IMG/VR virus record: IMGVR_UViG_3300011785_000002
Coordinates: 1 to 64,000 of that record
Reading direction: 5' to 3' (one strand)
From: an uncultured virus (IMG/VR IMGVR_UViG_3300011785_000002)
Taxonomy: Duplodnaviria; Heunggongvirae; Uroviricota; Caudoviricetes
DNA length: 64,000 nucleotides
This document shows, one piece after another, positions 47,255 through 57,963 of the stretch; position 1 is the first letter of the stretch, and the number at the start of each line of letters is the position of its first letter. Below the pieces are notes generated by a model. It saw only the letters and a program-made list of their open reading frames with translations. It made no database searches and had not been told where the DNA came from. The position numbers and the translations under genes were made by a program.

Positions 47255-49279
47255 TTATCCTTCACACGCCAGGCAAGCTTCAAAAGTAGAGTGTTTTGAG
47301 TAGTCAATCGTTTGGATGCGTTCAATCAACTTATCCGCGAAAGCATCACCAGACTTAACCGGTTTGGTGCGTACATAGTAGCGAGATTTCAGGCCACGTT
47401 TCCACATGTGGAAATGTACTGCATTCACATACTCACGTGGTACATCAGGCATAAAGAACAGGTTCACAGAAATAGCCTGGCAAACAAATTCCTGAGCTAC
47501 AGCAGCATGTTCAACAATCCACATCTGATCCACTTCGAACGCTGTACGCAAGTACAGTTTTTCGTTGTCAGTTAAGATTTCTAAATGCTGCACAGAACCA
47601 TCGTTGTCTTTAATAGACTTCAAAGTTTCTGGTGTGTTGATGCCATGGCGGTCAAGTACGCGAACCAAGGCTGGTTCAACAACTTCGAATGTGCCTGATT
47701 TTGTTTTTTGAGTGTAGATATTCTCAAAACGTTTTTCCATTGCTGGAGTTTTACCACCTGCAATAGTTGAGTTCGTAGCAGTCGGAGCAATGGCCATAAG
47801 GTGGCTGTTACGTCGCCCTGTGCCTTCCATATCCGGAGCTTCACCACGTTCTGTACCTAGACGTAGGCTTGCTTCAACAGCGTTGGCTTTGATGCCTTTA
47901 AACGCTTCATACGTGATGGTTAATGCTTCACGTGACTCGTAAGGAATCTCATTGGCCATGAAGTAGGAATCCAGACCCATTACACCAAGGCCGACAGCAC
48001 GTTCACGCTTCGCAGAATAGACCGCTTTTTTGTAGCCCATTACATGACGTTCAACAATATTTTTTGACATGTTATCAATAATATTGTTGAACTGTTCTTC
48101 GCCACCGTAGGTGTTGATTTTACGAATTTCTTCTGCTAATTCGCTGTCTTTGTTTTCATGGTTTGTCAATGCAGAGAGTAAATCTTCACGAATCGTGGCA
48201 CGTAAAGAATCCCAGTCGTAATCCTTGGTACAAGCATAGATCGCATTTTCAATGAAGTATTGAAGAACGTTGTCCAGGAACTCGATACAGTCAGAAATAA
48301 ATAAAGGGTCGTCTTTCCACTCGTCATATTTCGACATGTTGACTGAAGATAAACAGCAAACCGCAGTTCGATCTTTATTGGTTGGGAGCGTGATTTCGGT
48401 ACAGATATTGACTGTGTTTACTTTCAGACCTAAAGCGCGTTGAACACTTGGTAATTTGTCGTTTGAAGTGTCAATCCAGTGGATAAATGGACAGCCGGTT
48501 TCAAACGGTGTTTCCATCATTAATTCCCACAAGTAACGTGCAGAAATTGTTTTAACGGTGTTACCTTCGTGATCGATTAAAGCCCATTGAGCATCTTCAA
48601 TCACAGCATACATAAAGGCATCTGAAACGTTTACAGACTGGAAAATATTTCGTGAACGTTTGTTTGGATCCCCAGACATTTTACGAGATTCAATAAATTC
48701 AACAATCTCAGGATGGTTATCACGGATTGAACCACCATAAACACCACGGCGGTTATTACCTTGATGTGTAGCTACAATCATACCATCAGTGACGTGGTAG
48801 AATGGAACCAAGCCGCCAGTCTTTGAACCCGTAGAGGTTGTTGAGTTGACCGGACGTAAATCACCCCAGTAAGCTTTGTAACCACCACCACCAGATGCCA
48901 GCCACATTTCTTCATAGTAGTGGAAACCAATACCTTCACGCGAATCCGGTACGTAGCCAACGAAGCAAGAAATAGGCAAAGCCCCAAGCACTGATTCGTA
49001 ATTTTCTGCTTTGAAATTGTCAATCCAGTTTTCTGAGAATTTTAAACGAACTGGTGCGTTCGACAGAACTGGTGATGCGTACCCCAACCATTGTTTACTT
49101 GAATAACCATACATACGTTCAGCATGTGCAGCGTTGGAAGCAAAAGCGGTCGATGTTCTTAGAAAGGCGTGTTGTGGTGATGATTCATTTGTCTTTAAGT
49201 AGCGATCTTCTAGTGTTGCTTTACCAAAATTGGTCAGAAGCTCGTCACGTGAATAATCTAAAATATGCTCTAACAACAT
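47255..49279 (-). CDS. nrdA: ribonucleotide reductase class I alpha subunit (no ATP cone)
   Basis: PISCF, NICTEI, VCCLSS, AIAPTA, RYY.R, C-terminal CLACEG. Confidence 0.95.
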   Translation of the reverse strand: MLLEHILDYSRDELLTNFGKATLEDRYLKTNESSPQHAFLRTSTAFASNAAHAERMYGYSSKQWLGYASPVLSNAPVRLKFSENWIDNFKAENYESVLGALPISCFVGYVPDSREGIGFHYYEEMWLASGGGGYKAYWGDLRPVNSTTSTGSKTGGLVPFYHVTDGMIVATHQGNNRRGVYGGSIRDNHPEIVEFIESRKMSGDPNKRSRNIFQSVNVSDAFMYAVIEDAQWALIDHEGNTVKTISARYLWELMMETPFETGCPFIHWIDTSNDKLPSVQRALGLKVNTVNICTEITLPTNKDRTAVCCLSSVNMSKYDEWKDDPLFISDCIEFLDNVLQYFIENAIYACTKDYDWDSLRATIREDLLSALTNHENKDSELAEEIRKINTYGGEEQFNNIIDNMSKNIVERHVMGYKKAVYSAKRERAVGLGVMGLDSYFMANEIPYESREALTITYEAFKGIKANAVEASLRLGTERGEAPDMEGTGRRNSHLMAIAPTATNSTIAGGKTPAMEKRFENIYTQKTKSGTFEVVEPALVRVLDRHGINTPETLKSIKDNDGSVQHLEILTDNEKLYLRTAFEVDQMWIVEHAAVAQEFVCQAISVNLFFMPDVPREYVNAVHFHMWKRGLKSRYYVRTKPVKSGDAFADKLIERIQTIDYSKHSTFEACLACEG

Positions 49280-49387
49280 TTGATTACCTTGAAATTAAAA
49301 CGGACACAAAATGTGTCCGTTACGTTGACTGAATGTTGTCTAATTTAAATGAAATAGCACTGAATTAACAGTCTTGACTTTCTTAAA

Positions 49388-50659
49388 TCACATGGTTTCT
49401 ATGGTCGGAATTGGTCGAACATCTAAGACAATGTTTTTAAATAAGCGTAAGACTTGGTCTTTTAGACCTACATAGGTTACGTTGTTGTGTAAACCAAAGT
49501 TTGGGTTCTTCACGTAGTTACGTGAGTCACCTTCAAAAGTAAATCCAGGGCGGTGAACAGCGACAGAAATCACATGAGCGTCCGGAATCATTTTACGAAC
49601 TGTGTCAATTTCATAGTCAAAGCCCAGGTCGGGGACAACAATCACCGCTGCTTCATTGCTTTGTTCACGTTGGAGCTGAATCAACTCAGCAATGGTATCT
49701 GCAGTCCCACGTGCAATAAAATCTTGTCCATATTTTGGTTTGAGAACTTTCTCAGCCAGGTAAATTAAAATATCTCGTGGTGTCATCACAGCACCTGTTT
49801 CACCTGCAGCCATGGTCAACATTGGTTTGTCTTTTAAGTCACCATTCTGGCAAACAGAAGCCCAGAAGTTAAAATCCAAACCTAAAATCTTGGCGCATTC
49901 TCTATATAAAACTTCCTTGAAATAAGCGTAATGTACTTCAGGAAAGTGTTCCATGATAATTTCACAGGCTGAGTCCTTGCCTGAGCGTGGAGGGCCATTA
50001 AACATAATTACAAGCGGTTTATTTAATTTTTTGATTTTAAAAGTTTTTTCTTTTTCCATTGCCTTTTCATCCGCTGTTTTCTCTGCCTTGATCTCGGTCA
50101 TTAACTTGCCAAAGTTAGGCAATACACGTGTTTCAGCATATTCCTTAGCTTGAGCATGTGTCGGGAATACCACACCTTTAATGAGCGAACATCTGTAATC
50201 TTCTTGAACTGCTTCTACGTCACTATGTGCTGATGGGCAACCAAGCTGGGAATTAAAAAATGCGTGTCTTTCCATATCGCTGGCTATGATTTCTTCCATA
50301 GTCGGTGCTTTAAACCAAGTTAGTTTTTCTTCCTCAGTCAATTGGCCGTGATGACTGTAAAGCTTGGTTAAATAAGCTAAACGACTTGAAGGCTGTTGTC
50401 CTTCCTGAACGCTAACACCTGTTGGTTTAACAAAACCACCAGTTGGAGATTGCTTTTTATCCATTACTTTTTTAATCAAACCAGGGATTGGGCTGTATTT
50501 CGGTTCAGGAATCACAATATTAATCACATTCTGAACAGGTTTTGCAGCGTCCAGGATCTGTGACAGTAACTTGTTCCCTGCCGGTTGTTGTATCTGTACA
50601 TTTCCACCGGTTTTGGTTTTGGTGTCATAGTAGCTGACATTAAGAACGTTTTTATCCAT
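49388..50659 (-). CDS. deoxynucleoside monophosphate kinase-like protein with long N-terminal extension
   Basis: FNGPPRSGKD P-loop, TPR..L...E...K..G, D.GF..E, GDSR. Confidence 0.7.
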   Translation of the reverse strand: MDKNVLNVSYYDTKTKTGGNVQIQQPAGNKLLSQILDAAKPVQNVINIVIPEPKYSPIPGLIKKVMDKKQSPTGGFVKPTGVSVQEGQQPSSRLAYLTKLYSHHGQLTEEEKLTWFKAPTMEEIIASDMERHAFFNSQLGCPSAHSDVEAVQEDYRCSLIKGVVFPTHAQAKEYAETRVLPNFGKLMTEIKAEKTADEKAMEKEKTFKIKKLNKPLVIMFNGPPRSGKDSACEIIMEHFPEVHYAYFKEVLYRECAKILGLDFNFWASVCQNGDLKDKPMLTMAAGETGAVMTPRDILIYLAEKVLKPKYGQDFIARGTADTIAELIQLQREQSNEAAVIVVPDLGFDYEIDTVRKMIPDAHVISVAVHRPGFTFEGDSRNYVKNPNFGLHNNVTYVGLKDQVLRLFKNIVLDVRPIPTIETM

Positions 50660-50726
50660 GGGTTGACCTTTAAATTTTAGGTAATAAAAAAGCGACCCAT
50701 TTCTGGATCACTTTTTTAATTTAACA

Positions 50727-51692
50727 CTACACTTTTGGAATTACAATAGGTGCACCAAACTCTTTTTCTTCATAATAAGCACGATATTGAATAAATCCGT
50801 CGAAGTTACGACTACGGATGTGTTTCTCACGCGCTGCGTATGCTTGATGCTCCAATGGTGATGCGTGAATTGGAACAGACTCAGCCAACATTTTGAAGGT
50901 GTTGATCTCACGTTCCGGATTAGGAACCACACCTTCTTGAGTCAAATAACTGGTACGTGCACAACGAGCAGCACTTAACTTGGCCAAGTGATAAGGAAAC
51001 TTGCGATACTTGGTACGTTCTTCTTCTGAAACATAAGGAAGGTGCCACTGGAAAGCATCTGTCTCATGACCTTTGTTCGACACTTTACGATAACCATTGC
51101 TTAAATCCAGACGGTTTAATTCTTCTTCAACCATTAATGCGAGAAGAATAATCTCTGGCTGTGCATCATCATGTAAACGCAGATGTAGATAGTTCTGCCA
51201 GTCGGTGGCGGTCATCACCTGACGAATATAGGTGTGTGGTTCGAGTAGGCGATTGGTCCATTGTTTGTGTAAGCCTAGTTTAGCCAACAGGAACACAATC
51301 AGATAAGTGAACCAGGCATGGCTACGCCATAGGATGTGGCAAAGAATCGCTTTCCATTTAGGCATGGTTTCTGCAGATTGCATACCACTTTTATTTAAAC
51401 CCCAGAATAAAGGAATCACTGGGACTTTCATTAAAGATAAAAGCATACGAAGTACAGGAATAGCCCGGCTTGACCCTGTATTACGTGATTTTTTACGGTG
51501 GGTGTTTTGTTCGGCTAAAATGAAACGTGGAAAGTACATTTCAAAAGTCACAATCTTGGCACCAGTCAGTGTGCATTTTGTGGCTTCAATTACTTTAGCG
51601 TAGGTCGGAATATTACCCCGATTTTTGTAAAGAAAGTCTTTAATTGTTTGTACGTTAATTTTCACAAAATTTTCCTTAGAAGCGGTTGCCAA
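50727..51692 (-). CDS. thyX: flavin-dependent thymidylate synthase
   Basis: THR..SRN..SSRAIP, HKQ..NRLLEP, LR....AQPEI, SAARCAR.SY, H.SP.EH. Confidence 0.9.
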   Translation of the reverse strand: MATASKENFVKINVQTIKDFLYKNRGNIPTYAKVIEATKCTLTGAKIVTFEMYFPRFILAEQNTHRKKSRNTGSSRAIPVLRMLLSLMKVPVIPLFWGLNKSGMQSAETMPKWKAILCHILWRSHAWFTYLIVFLLAKLGLHKQWTNRLLEPHTYIRQVMTATDWQNYLHLRLHDDAQPEIILLALMVEEELNRLDLSNGYRKVSNKGHETDAFQWHLPYVSEEERTKYRKFPYHLAKLSAARCARTSYLTQEGVVPNPEREINTFKMLAESVPIHASPLEHQAYAAREKHIRSRNFDGFIQYRAYYEEKEFGAPIVIPKV

Positions 51693-52425
51693 TCATTTCA
51701 TCTAATAACTCATTGAACAAACGAGTCGGGATTGTGCCATGTGAGCCATGCTTTTGAATAGCGCGTTGTTTAATGGCTTGAACCATTTCTTTTGTCAGCA
51801 AACTACCTACTTTGGCTGCAGCCGTTTTGGTTGGTTTGATTTTTACCTCTGGAAGTTCATCATAGTGAACATCATGGAAATAAACGGATTTCAGGAACTT
51901 GTTTGGGGCATAGTGTTCGCCTTTTTCTGTGTCCCATTGTTCTTCGTGGATGGTACGTACCGGATAGAGTTCCCCTACGATTCCCAGATCTGGGCGATCT
52001 AAAGAAATAGGGTGAATTTCCGCTTGAATACCGATTGCTTTATATTTTTCAATTGTCATTTCAGCTTCTTCAAGCGTTTTAGGAATGCGTGACATATTGA
52101 AAGCACACATACGCTTGTAGTCAGCATCCAGATCCAGGCCACCGATAACACCTTGTTGACCAAAAGCGAGTAATACAATATCAGCAACAGCGTCACGAAC
52201 CTGGCCTAAGTCACCTGCAGCTGCAGCTTTCTTACCTTCCAGCAATTCTGACTCAATTAAATTAAACTGGTTGATGACAGCGTCGGCTTCTACTTCCATT
52301 TCTGGAGTACGACCTGCACGAAGATTGATTAATGCTGCAGTCTGAGCAGCCCCTAAGTTTTCAAGCTGTTCCATGTTTTCTTGAATTGAAACTGGTAATT
52401 CTAAGTCTGCCATGATGGATTCCAA
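51676..52425 (-). CDS. MazG-like nucleotide pyrophosphohydrolase
   Basis: LIESELLE...DAVADI....G...NMS pattern. Confidence 0.7.
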   Translation of the reverse strand: MESIMADLELPVSIQENMEQLENLGAAQTAALINLRAGRTPEMEVEADAVINQFNLIESELLEGKKAAAAGDLGQVRDAVADIVLLAFGQQGVIGGLDLDADYKRMCAFNMSRIPKTLEEAEMTIEKYKAIGIQAEIHPISLDRPDLGIVGELYPVRTIHEEQWDTEKGEHYAPNKFLKSVYFHDVHYDELPEVKIKPTKTAAAKVGSLLTKEMVQAIKQRAIQKHGSHGTIPTRLFNELLDEMIGNRF

Positions 52426-52442
52426 AAGATTTGTGTTAAAGA

Positions 52443-52470
52443 AAACACCAGCTTCTATAAGCTGGTGTTT
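52443..52470 (-). terminator. intrinsic terminator
   Basis: AAACACCAGCT / AGCTGGTGTTT. Confidence 0.75.
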
Positions 52471-52496
52471 GCTACTTGTCGGGTAGTGGTTACAGA

Positions 52497-52952
52497 TTAC
52501 TTTTCAATTTCAACTTTGTCAATGAAATCAAACGTGAAATTTTCTTTTCCATATTCGCCTGATTTAAGCTGTATTTTTCCAACCATCTGCCAATATAGGC
52601 CATGTCCTTTTTCATTCACAACTATAGCGACCAGACGGACGAAATCACATTTAAACATCCGGCCTTTATGGTAATCAGATAATTTAGGAACCTTCCCCTT
52701 CTGGTGTGGCAAAATCCCTTTATCCATCCAGGTCAGTGTGTCGTAAGGATACAGATCAGACTTGTACTCGCCTATTTTAAACTCCTGACCTATCCACTGC
52801 TTAGGACAAAAACGTTCAAATATTTCGGTTTTTATGTCGTCCATATCGTCATAAATAGCATCACGTTTATCTTCTAACTCTTTGATTTCACGATATTTTT
52901 TACCAGTTGTGAGTACCAGTTGTGTTAATGTTTTTTCCATTTTATACCTCAA
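52497..52952 (-). CDS. hypothetical protein
   Basis: GAGG RBS before MEKTL. Confidence 0.7.
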   Translation of the reverse strand: MRYKMEKTLTQLVLTTGKKYREIKELEDKRDAIYDDMDDIKTEIFERFCPKQWIGQEFKIGEYKSDLYPYDTLTWMDKGILPHQKGKVPKLSDYHKGRMFKCDFVRLVAIVVNEKGHGLYWQMVGKIQLKSGEYGKENFTFDFIDKVEIEK

Positions 52953-55107
52953 TCACATTGTCAATTCGTTCAAGCTCACGGTGGCTGATCATAATAATCT
53001 GCTTCATGGATCCATTTAACATTTCAGTCAAGGAATCAAGTACAGCCTGTGCCCGGTTATTACGCATGGAAGCATCAACTTCATCGGCCATAAGCACTGG
53101 AAAAACAGAGTTCGTCAACACTTGACCCAAAGCCATTCGTAAACTTAAATGGCCCAAAGCACGACCCGAAATAGAAAGTGCTTCAATTGGTTGATCACCT
53201 ACCAGGATCTCCATATCATCGGTTAAGGTGATTTTGAAATGTTTACCTTCCGACATTTTATAAAGCCAGGTAGATGCTACTGCATTTACACTTGGCAAGA
53301 TCGTAGTCTTGATCTTGGCCTTGAACGTGTTCAAGGTGTCGATTGCTAACTTTTCCTGATCTACTTCGTGACTTGCCAATGCGAAGTTATTGTTCCAGTC
53401 GGAGAAAAGTTGATCTAAACGGAAATATTCTTTCCACGCTTCAAACCACTTGGTATTTTCTTGCAGGGATTGTTCCACAACCTTTAATTCAGTCTGTGCT
53501 TGTTGCAATGCTTCTGCATCAAATGGTTCCAAGGCATCTTTTGACTTCCGCCATTGGTCCATAATTTGTTTGTTACGTTCATTCTGCACATGATTGGCCA
53601 TAGCCTGTTCAGCTTTATCTAAAGCTTCATCACTGTGGTTCTGCTCATTGAATTCTTTCAACTCATGTTCAGCCTCAACAACAGCTTGATTTAATTTAAG
53701 TTCTTTATCAGCCCAGACATAGAAGTTTTCTAAGCGACAGTTATAGTCTGTTTCACGTTCCAAAGCAGCAACGTGGTCATCCAAGGCTTCTTCTGAGTAC
53801 CAGTTTTTGTCAAAGTCAACCAGCTGGTTTTTAAAACCTGCCAATTGATTTTTATAATCCTCTACAGAATGGGTAATGTGTTCCAGGTCTTTATTTTTAT
53901 TGATCAATTCCTGAGAAGTAATCAAAGGTTTTTCAACCATTTCTGGTAAGTGGCTGTAGTGTGCCTGAATATGGTCAATTGCCAGAAGCACTTCACCTTC
54001 ACAATGATTGCAGGTGATCGATCCCTTTTCCTTGAGTCGTTGAACCTCTAACCAATCTTTGTATAAATTTTCCTGAGCAGCAACTTCTTCAATCTCAGAC
54101 ATTGGCACATACTGTTCACCGGAAATGTCTGGGAACTTTGCAATTTCCTTTTCAAAGAAATCGATTTTATTTAACAGCTCTTGGCGTTTAAGTTTTCCTG
54201 ATTGCACATCAGAGATTGTTAATCCTTCAATCAAAGCGGATAAATCAACGTCATCCGGACGCTGAACAGGACTCTGGCAGTGATCAGTATATTCTTTAAG
54301 CAAAGACGCTGCTTTGTCTTCCAGGCGTTGTCTTTTTAAACGAACATCTTTAACTTCATGAGCACCAATACTTAGCAAACCATCTACATTCAATAATTCA
54401 AACGGTGCCGGTTTGGAATTATCCAGTGCCAGGTGTTGGCGTTGATTGCTTTGTTGAACGGCAATGATTGCATTGAATTTATCAATGTTCTTACGTTCAG
54501 TCTGGATAATTTCCTCAAATAAAGGATTATATTCAACCTCAAGTTCAGCCGGTGGTTCTACTCGACGTGAAGCGAAACTTGCTTCTACCTTTTTCAAAGC
54601 AGACAAATTATTTTTTCGATCAATCAGAACCTGTTCAACTGCCGTCAAACCAACCACGTTGTCGATAGTGCGTTTACGTTCTGCAGGTTTCATCTGTGAC
54701 AGATATTGGATTGAATCCTGGGAGCTGTAATTGGAAACCATAAATACGTTGCGGTTGTACCCAAGCAATTTACGAATCTCTGCATCGACTGGCTTTACAC
54801 CAGATGCGATTAAATATGAATCGCAATCTTCTCCTGTGCCAGAGAAAAGTACAGCTTTTTTAGGTGTTCTACGAATCAGATAAACCTGTCCTTTAACCTT
54901 AAATACTAGCTCGGAGTGTAAATTTGTCGGGTACATAGACACAGGCAAACGCAGTGCCACAGATCCGTGAAGGGCAAAGTCAATCGCTTCAAATATAAGG
55001 CTTTTACCCGCTTCGTTTTCACCACGGATAACGTTAAGACCTTCTTTAAATTTGAAGGTCTTATTGTGATGTTTTACCCAGTTCAGCATGGTTAATTCTA
55101 AGATCAT
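52942..55107 (-). CDS. SbcC/Rad50-like recombination ATPase
   Basis: GENEAGKS Walker A, coiled coil with C..C hook, LSISG signature, DEVD, ISH. Confidence 0.9.
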   Translation of the reverse strand: MILELTMLNWVKHHNKTFKFKEGLNVIRGENEAGKSLIFEAIDFALHGSVALRLPVSMYPTNLHSELVFKVKGQVYLIRRTPKKAVLFSGTGEDCDSYLIASGVKPVDAEIRKLLGYNRNVFMVSNYSSQDSIQYLSQMKPAERKRTIDNVVGLTAVEQVLIDRKNNLSALKKVEASFASRRVEPPAELEVEYNPLFEEIIQTERKNIDKFNAIIAVQQSNQRQHLALDNSKPAPFELLNVDGLLSIGAHEVKDVRLKRQRLEDKAASLLKEYTDHCQSPVQRPDDVDLSALIEGLTISDVQSGKLKRQELLNKIDFFEKEIAKFPDISGEQYVPMSEIEEVAAQENLYKDWLEVQRLKEKGSITCNHCEGEVLLAIDHIQAHYSHLPEMVEKPLITSQELINKNKDLEHITHSVEDYKNQLAGFKNQLVDFDKNWYSEEALDDHVAALERETDYNCRLENFYVWADKELKLNQAVVEAEHELKEFNEQNHSDEALDKAEQAMANHVQNERNKQIMDQWRKSKDALEPFDAEALQQAQTELKVVEQSLQENTKWFEAWKEYFRLDQLFSDWNNNFALASHEVDQEKLAIDTLNTFKAKIKTTILPSVNAVASTWLYKMSEGKHFKITLTDDMEILVGDQPIEALSISGRALGHLSLRMALGQVLTNSVFPVLMADEVDASMRNNRAQAVLDSLTEMLNGSMKQIIMISHRELERIDNVIEV

Positions 55108-55322
55108 GTGCGTAACCCCTTCGCAATCAAATAACCGTTACGGATGGTTTTCCAAATAAAAACACCCATGATGAAATTAATTAAGGTGAATAAATAACCT
55201 TCATAATCCCAAACGAAAAGACAAAGCAAGTCTAAAATAATCAGGATTAAAATCATAAAAATACAACCCACTACTTTCAAAAGTGGGTCTATAACATCGG
55301 CTAATTTACTACTCATTTTCAA
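55104..55322 (-). CDS. small membrane protein
   Basis: two hydrophobic helices, overlaps both neighbours. Confidence 0.6.
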   Translation of the reverse strand: MKMSSKLADVIDPLLKVVGCIFMILILIILDLLCLFVWDYEGYLFTLINFIMGVFIWKTIRNGYLIAKGLRT

Positions 55323-56361
55323 TTCCTTTCATTTCAATTTCAGCCCACAACAAAGCAGCCGGCTCTGCATCCAACCCGGTCTCTGTCACCGACTGGTTCC
55401 AGATTGTTTTCGCATCATAGGATTCAACCACAACCTCGGTCACAGCATCTTCCATAGCCAAGGTCTCAGCCTTGTTCACCTGTAGACTTAAACAGTCCAG
55501 ATTTAGGGCAAGGAATTCATCCATGTCTTCTTCTTCGATGTAGACACGGACATGTTTGTGTTCTAAAGAACCTGCACCTTGTTCATCCAGAATAAGTTGA
55601 ACGTCTTTGAAACCTTTAATGGTGATGTAGTAATTAGAATCTGGATCTTCCGCGTGACTATATGGAAGCAGCGACCCTGTCCCGATCACGCTCATTTCAC
55701 CTTCCCAGAAATGGAATGGTTTATGTTCATGGCCAGTGACTACAGAAACAACATCCCTATCTTTCAGGAATTTGTAAGGGATAACGTTGTCATCGTTCCC
55801 ATAAGAAATACGGTCCAAATGACAGACCACCAGGTTTGGTTTAAAACCTGCTGTCTCGGCCTCAATAAAAGCCTGAGCCACGCTTTGGTGAATATTCCAC
55901 CCAACAAATAAAACTTGTGAATTGTCCGGGAACGTATGCACTGCCCATTTTTTGATGAAGAAAACTTTAGGACTCCCATCGAAAAATTTAGCAAGCATAT
56001 CCCAAGAGGTTGGTTCAGTTACTGATTTACTATCATCATGGTTACCTGAGATAATATAGATTGGTTCTTCAGAAGTAGCTTCGTAGAATTGAAGTAACTC
56101 AAGAGTACGCAAAACCGTCTGGTTTGAAACAACCGCTTTATCAAACAAATCACCAACTTGGCATTTGATATATCGTGATTTTTCTAAACCTTCAGGTCGG
56201 GAAGCGTTTAACAATCTTTCAAGTTCTTCAAACTGATGTTCTTCATATTCCCCACGACGGTTTAAAGCCACGTTGGTTTTAAAGACACGCCCAAGATGGG
56301 CGTCTCCAATGGTTTGAATCTGGTTCATCATTAAATGAACAATAGGGTTTCGCATTGCCAT
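55309..56361 (-). CDS. SbcD/Mre11-like metallophosphoesterase nuclease
   Basis: D.HLG, GDLFD, GNHD, GH.H motifs; adjacent to SbcC-like gene. Confidence 0.9.
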   Translation of the reverse strand: MAMRNPIVHLMMNQIQTIGDAHLGRVFKTNVALNRRGEYEEHQFEELERLLNASRPEGLEKSRYIKCQVGDLFDKAVVSNQTVLRTLELLQFYEATSEEPIYIISGNHDDSKSVTEPTSWDMLAKFFDGSPKVFFIKKWAVHTFPDNSQVLFVGWNIHQSVAQAFIEAETAGFKPNLVVCHLDRISYGNDDNVIPYKFLKDRDVVSVVTGHEHKPFHFWEGEMSVIGTGSLLPYSHAEDPDSNYYITIKGFKDVQLILDEQGAGSLEHKHVRVYIEEEDMDEFLALNLDCLSLQVNKAETLAMEDAVTEVVVESYDAKTIWNQSVTETGLDAEPAALLWAEIEMKGIENE

Positions 56362-56372
56362 GTTTGTTATCC

Positions 56373-56636
56373 TTATGATCCGTATTCTGTTAAAACACCA
56401 GTGGAGACTCCTTTTTCATGTCCTTTTTCTAATCCTACACAGAACATTTTAAAAACCGCTAAAGTGGCGCAGCACATATAGTTGCCTGAAGAATCTTTTC
56501 GTTTAAAAGACATTTCTTCTTGTAATTCAAAATGATCATACATAACACGGTCTGCGATTGCTTGTTCAAATAACGTTTGTGCTTCCTCAAGAGAAATGCA
56601 CGTAACTAACGGTTGATCTTTTAAGTTTCGAATCAT
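56373..56636 (-). CDS. hypothetical protein
   Basis: 87-aa ORF. Confidence 0.6.
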   Translation of the reverse strand: MIRNLKDQPLVTCISLEEAQTLFEQAIADRVMYDHFELQEEMSFKRKDSSGNYMCCATLAVFKMFCVGLEKGHEKGVSTGVLTEYGS

Positions 56637-56758
56637 GGTTTTACTCTCTTTAAAAATTTAGGGTGCAAAAAAGAGCAACCTATCGGTTACTCTTTCTATC
56701 TGGTTTGATTAGCTTCGTTTATTTTTTAAAACTTGTCAACATGAAATGTCGATTTATA

Positions 56759-57493
56759 TCATAAAGTTTCTAAATAATTTTTCACTTGCTGGGTTGAATC
56801 ATAGTGGCTCAGGATACGATCACAATGTTCTTTTGCCCATCGGATCCACTCCAACTGGTAGTGGCAGTCGACTGTTGCATTGTGCGCTTCATCTTCTTTG
56901 CCTTTGTCACGGATCTTTGCGTAGTCATTGAACAACCAGTACATTTCAGTATTCGCACCCAAAGGTAGTGGGTATTTATACAAGGCATAGAACACATGCT
57001 CAAACATGCTCATTACATAAGTTTTCATATCCATCACTTCACGGTAGTGGAAAGGACTAGGCACCTGATATTCCTGATACAAACCATCCAGGAAGGGATA
57101 GTCAAAACCTACCGGCTTTGCCCAGAACTGTGTCTTGACCTGGCCCTTTGACTTGACCCCATTTACTTGATTCAAACACCATTGGTAGGTTTCAAGTAGT
57201 GCTTCATTCATGGGTTTAGCAGCATTCACACCTTGAAGAATATAATTCAAAACATCACGACGTTCAGGTTTTTCCCACCACTCTACCGTAGACGGATTTG
57301 GTTTACGCCCTTTTCTGATCTGTTCATTCAACGGAAGAAAAATCTCAAACTCGTCCTTTGCCTCAAAAGTTTTTGGGTCAAAAGAAACCAGTGCGAGTTG
57401 CAGCACTGGTGTTGTATTTGGGGTAGTTCCTAATGTTTCACAGTCAAACATAATGGGAACGTATTGTGTATCAAGGCTGCGAATAGTAGTCAT
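56759..57493 (-). CDS. DEDDh 3'-5' exonuclease
   Basis: MFDCETLG, W.....FD, AHNA..DC..Q; likely start ATG 57493. Confidence 0.85.
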   Translation of the reverse strand: MTTIRSLDTQYVPIMFDCETLGTTPNTTPVLQLALVSFDPKTFEAKDEFEIFLPLNEQIRKGRKPNPSTVEWWEKPERRDVLNYILQGVNAAKPMNEALLETYQWCLNQVNGVKSKGQVKTQFWAKPVGFDYPFLDGLYQEYQVPSPFHYREVMDMKTYVMSMFEHVFYALYKYPLPLGANTEMYWLFNDYAKIRDKGKEDEAHNATVDCHYQLEWIRWAKEHCDRILSHYDSTQQVKNYLETL

Positions 57494-57950
57494 AAAGCTC
57501 TCCGGTGGTCCATGGGTATTTCTTAATAGTTTCAACGCTGATTGATTTTTTACCTGCTTGGAGTGCTTCTAAAATCTCAAACGATGGAACCAAATATAAA
57601 TTTTCTTTGTCTTTTAAAAATTGAAAGACAATAAAATAAGGGAGCTTTAAGTTATATGCTCGTTGCATACCTTGAAGCTGCCCTTTCTGGAAAGTTGACT
57701 TTATATTAAAACTGGTCTTGGTGGCAAGTGTTTCTTTTGATTCAATATAAAAAGTATTAGGTAAAAACTTTTCCAAAGCAACATCACGGCCCAGGCTAAC
57801 AATATGGTCGCAGGGTCTGGTGTCTTCATAATTACCAGTGTCGTATTTGTCCGGAAGTCGTTGAATATCGACGCTAAGTTTGTAAGCTTTACGAAGCATA
57901 CGAACCACTTGGTTTTCTGTAGATTTTCCTGAAGGGCGAAGCATTGCCAT
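57471..57950 (-). CDS. Holliday junction resolvase-like PD-(D/E)xK nuclease (RecU-like)
   Basis: G...E...RLPD...PCD...IESK...Q motifs. Confidence 0.7.
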   Translation of the reverse strand: MAMLRPSGKSTENQVVRMLRKAYKLSVDIQRLPDKYDTGNYEDTRPCDHIVSLGRDVALEKFLPNTFYIESKETLATKTSFNIKSTFQKGQLQGMQRAYNLKLPYFIVFQFLKDKENLYLVPSFEILEALQAGKKSISVETIKKYPWTTGELYDYYSQP

Positions 57951-57963
57951 GTAATCCTCTTAC

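Noticed and set aside
49300..49320. Palindrome ACGGACACA..TGTGTCCGT upstream of nrdA as an NrdR box
   Set aside because: It does not fit the 16-bp NrdR consensus and is better explained as a T-tailed hairpin on the minus strand.
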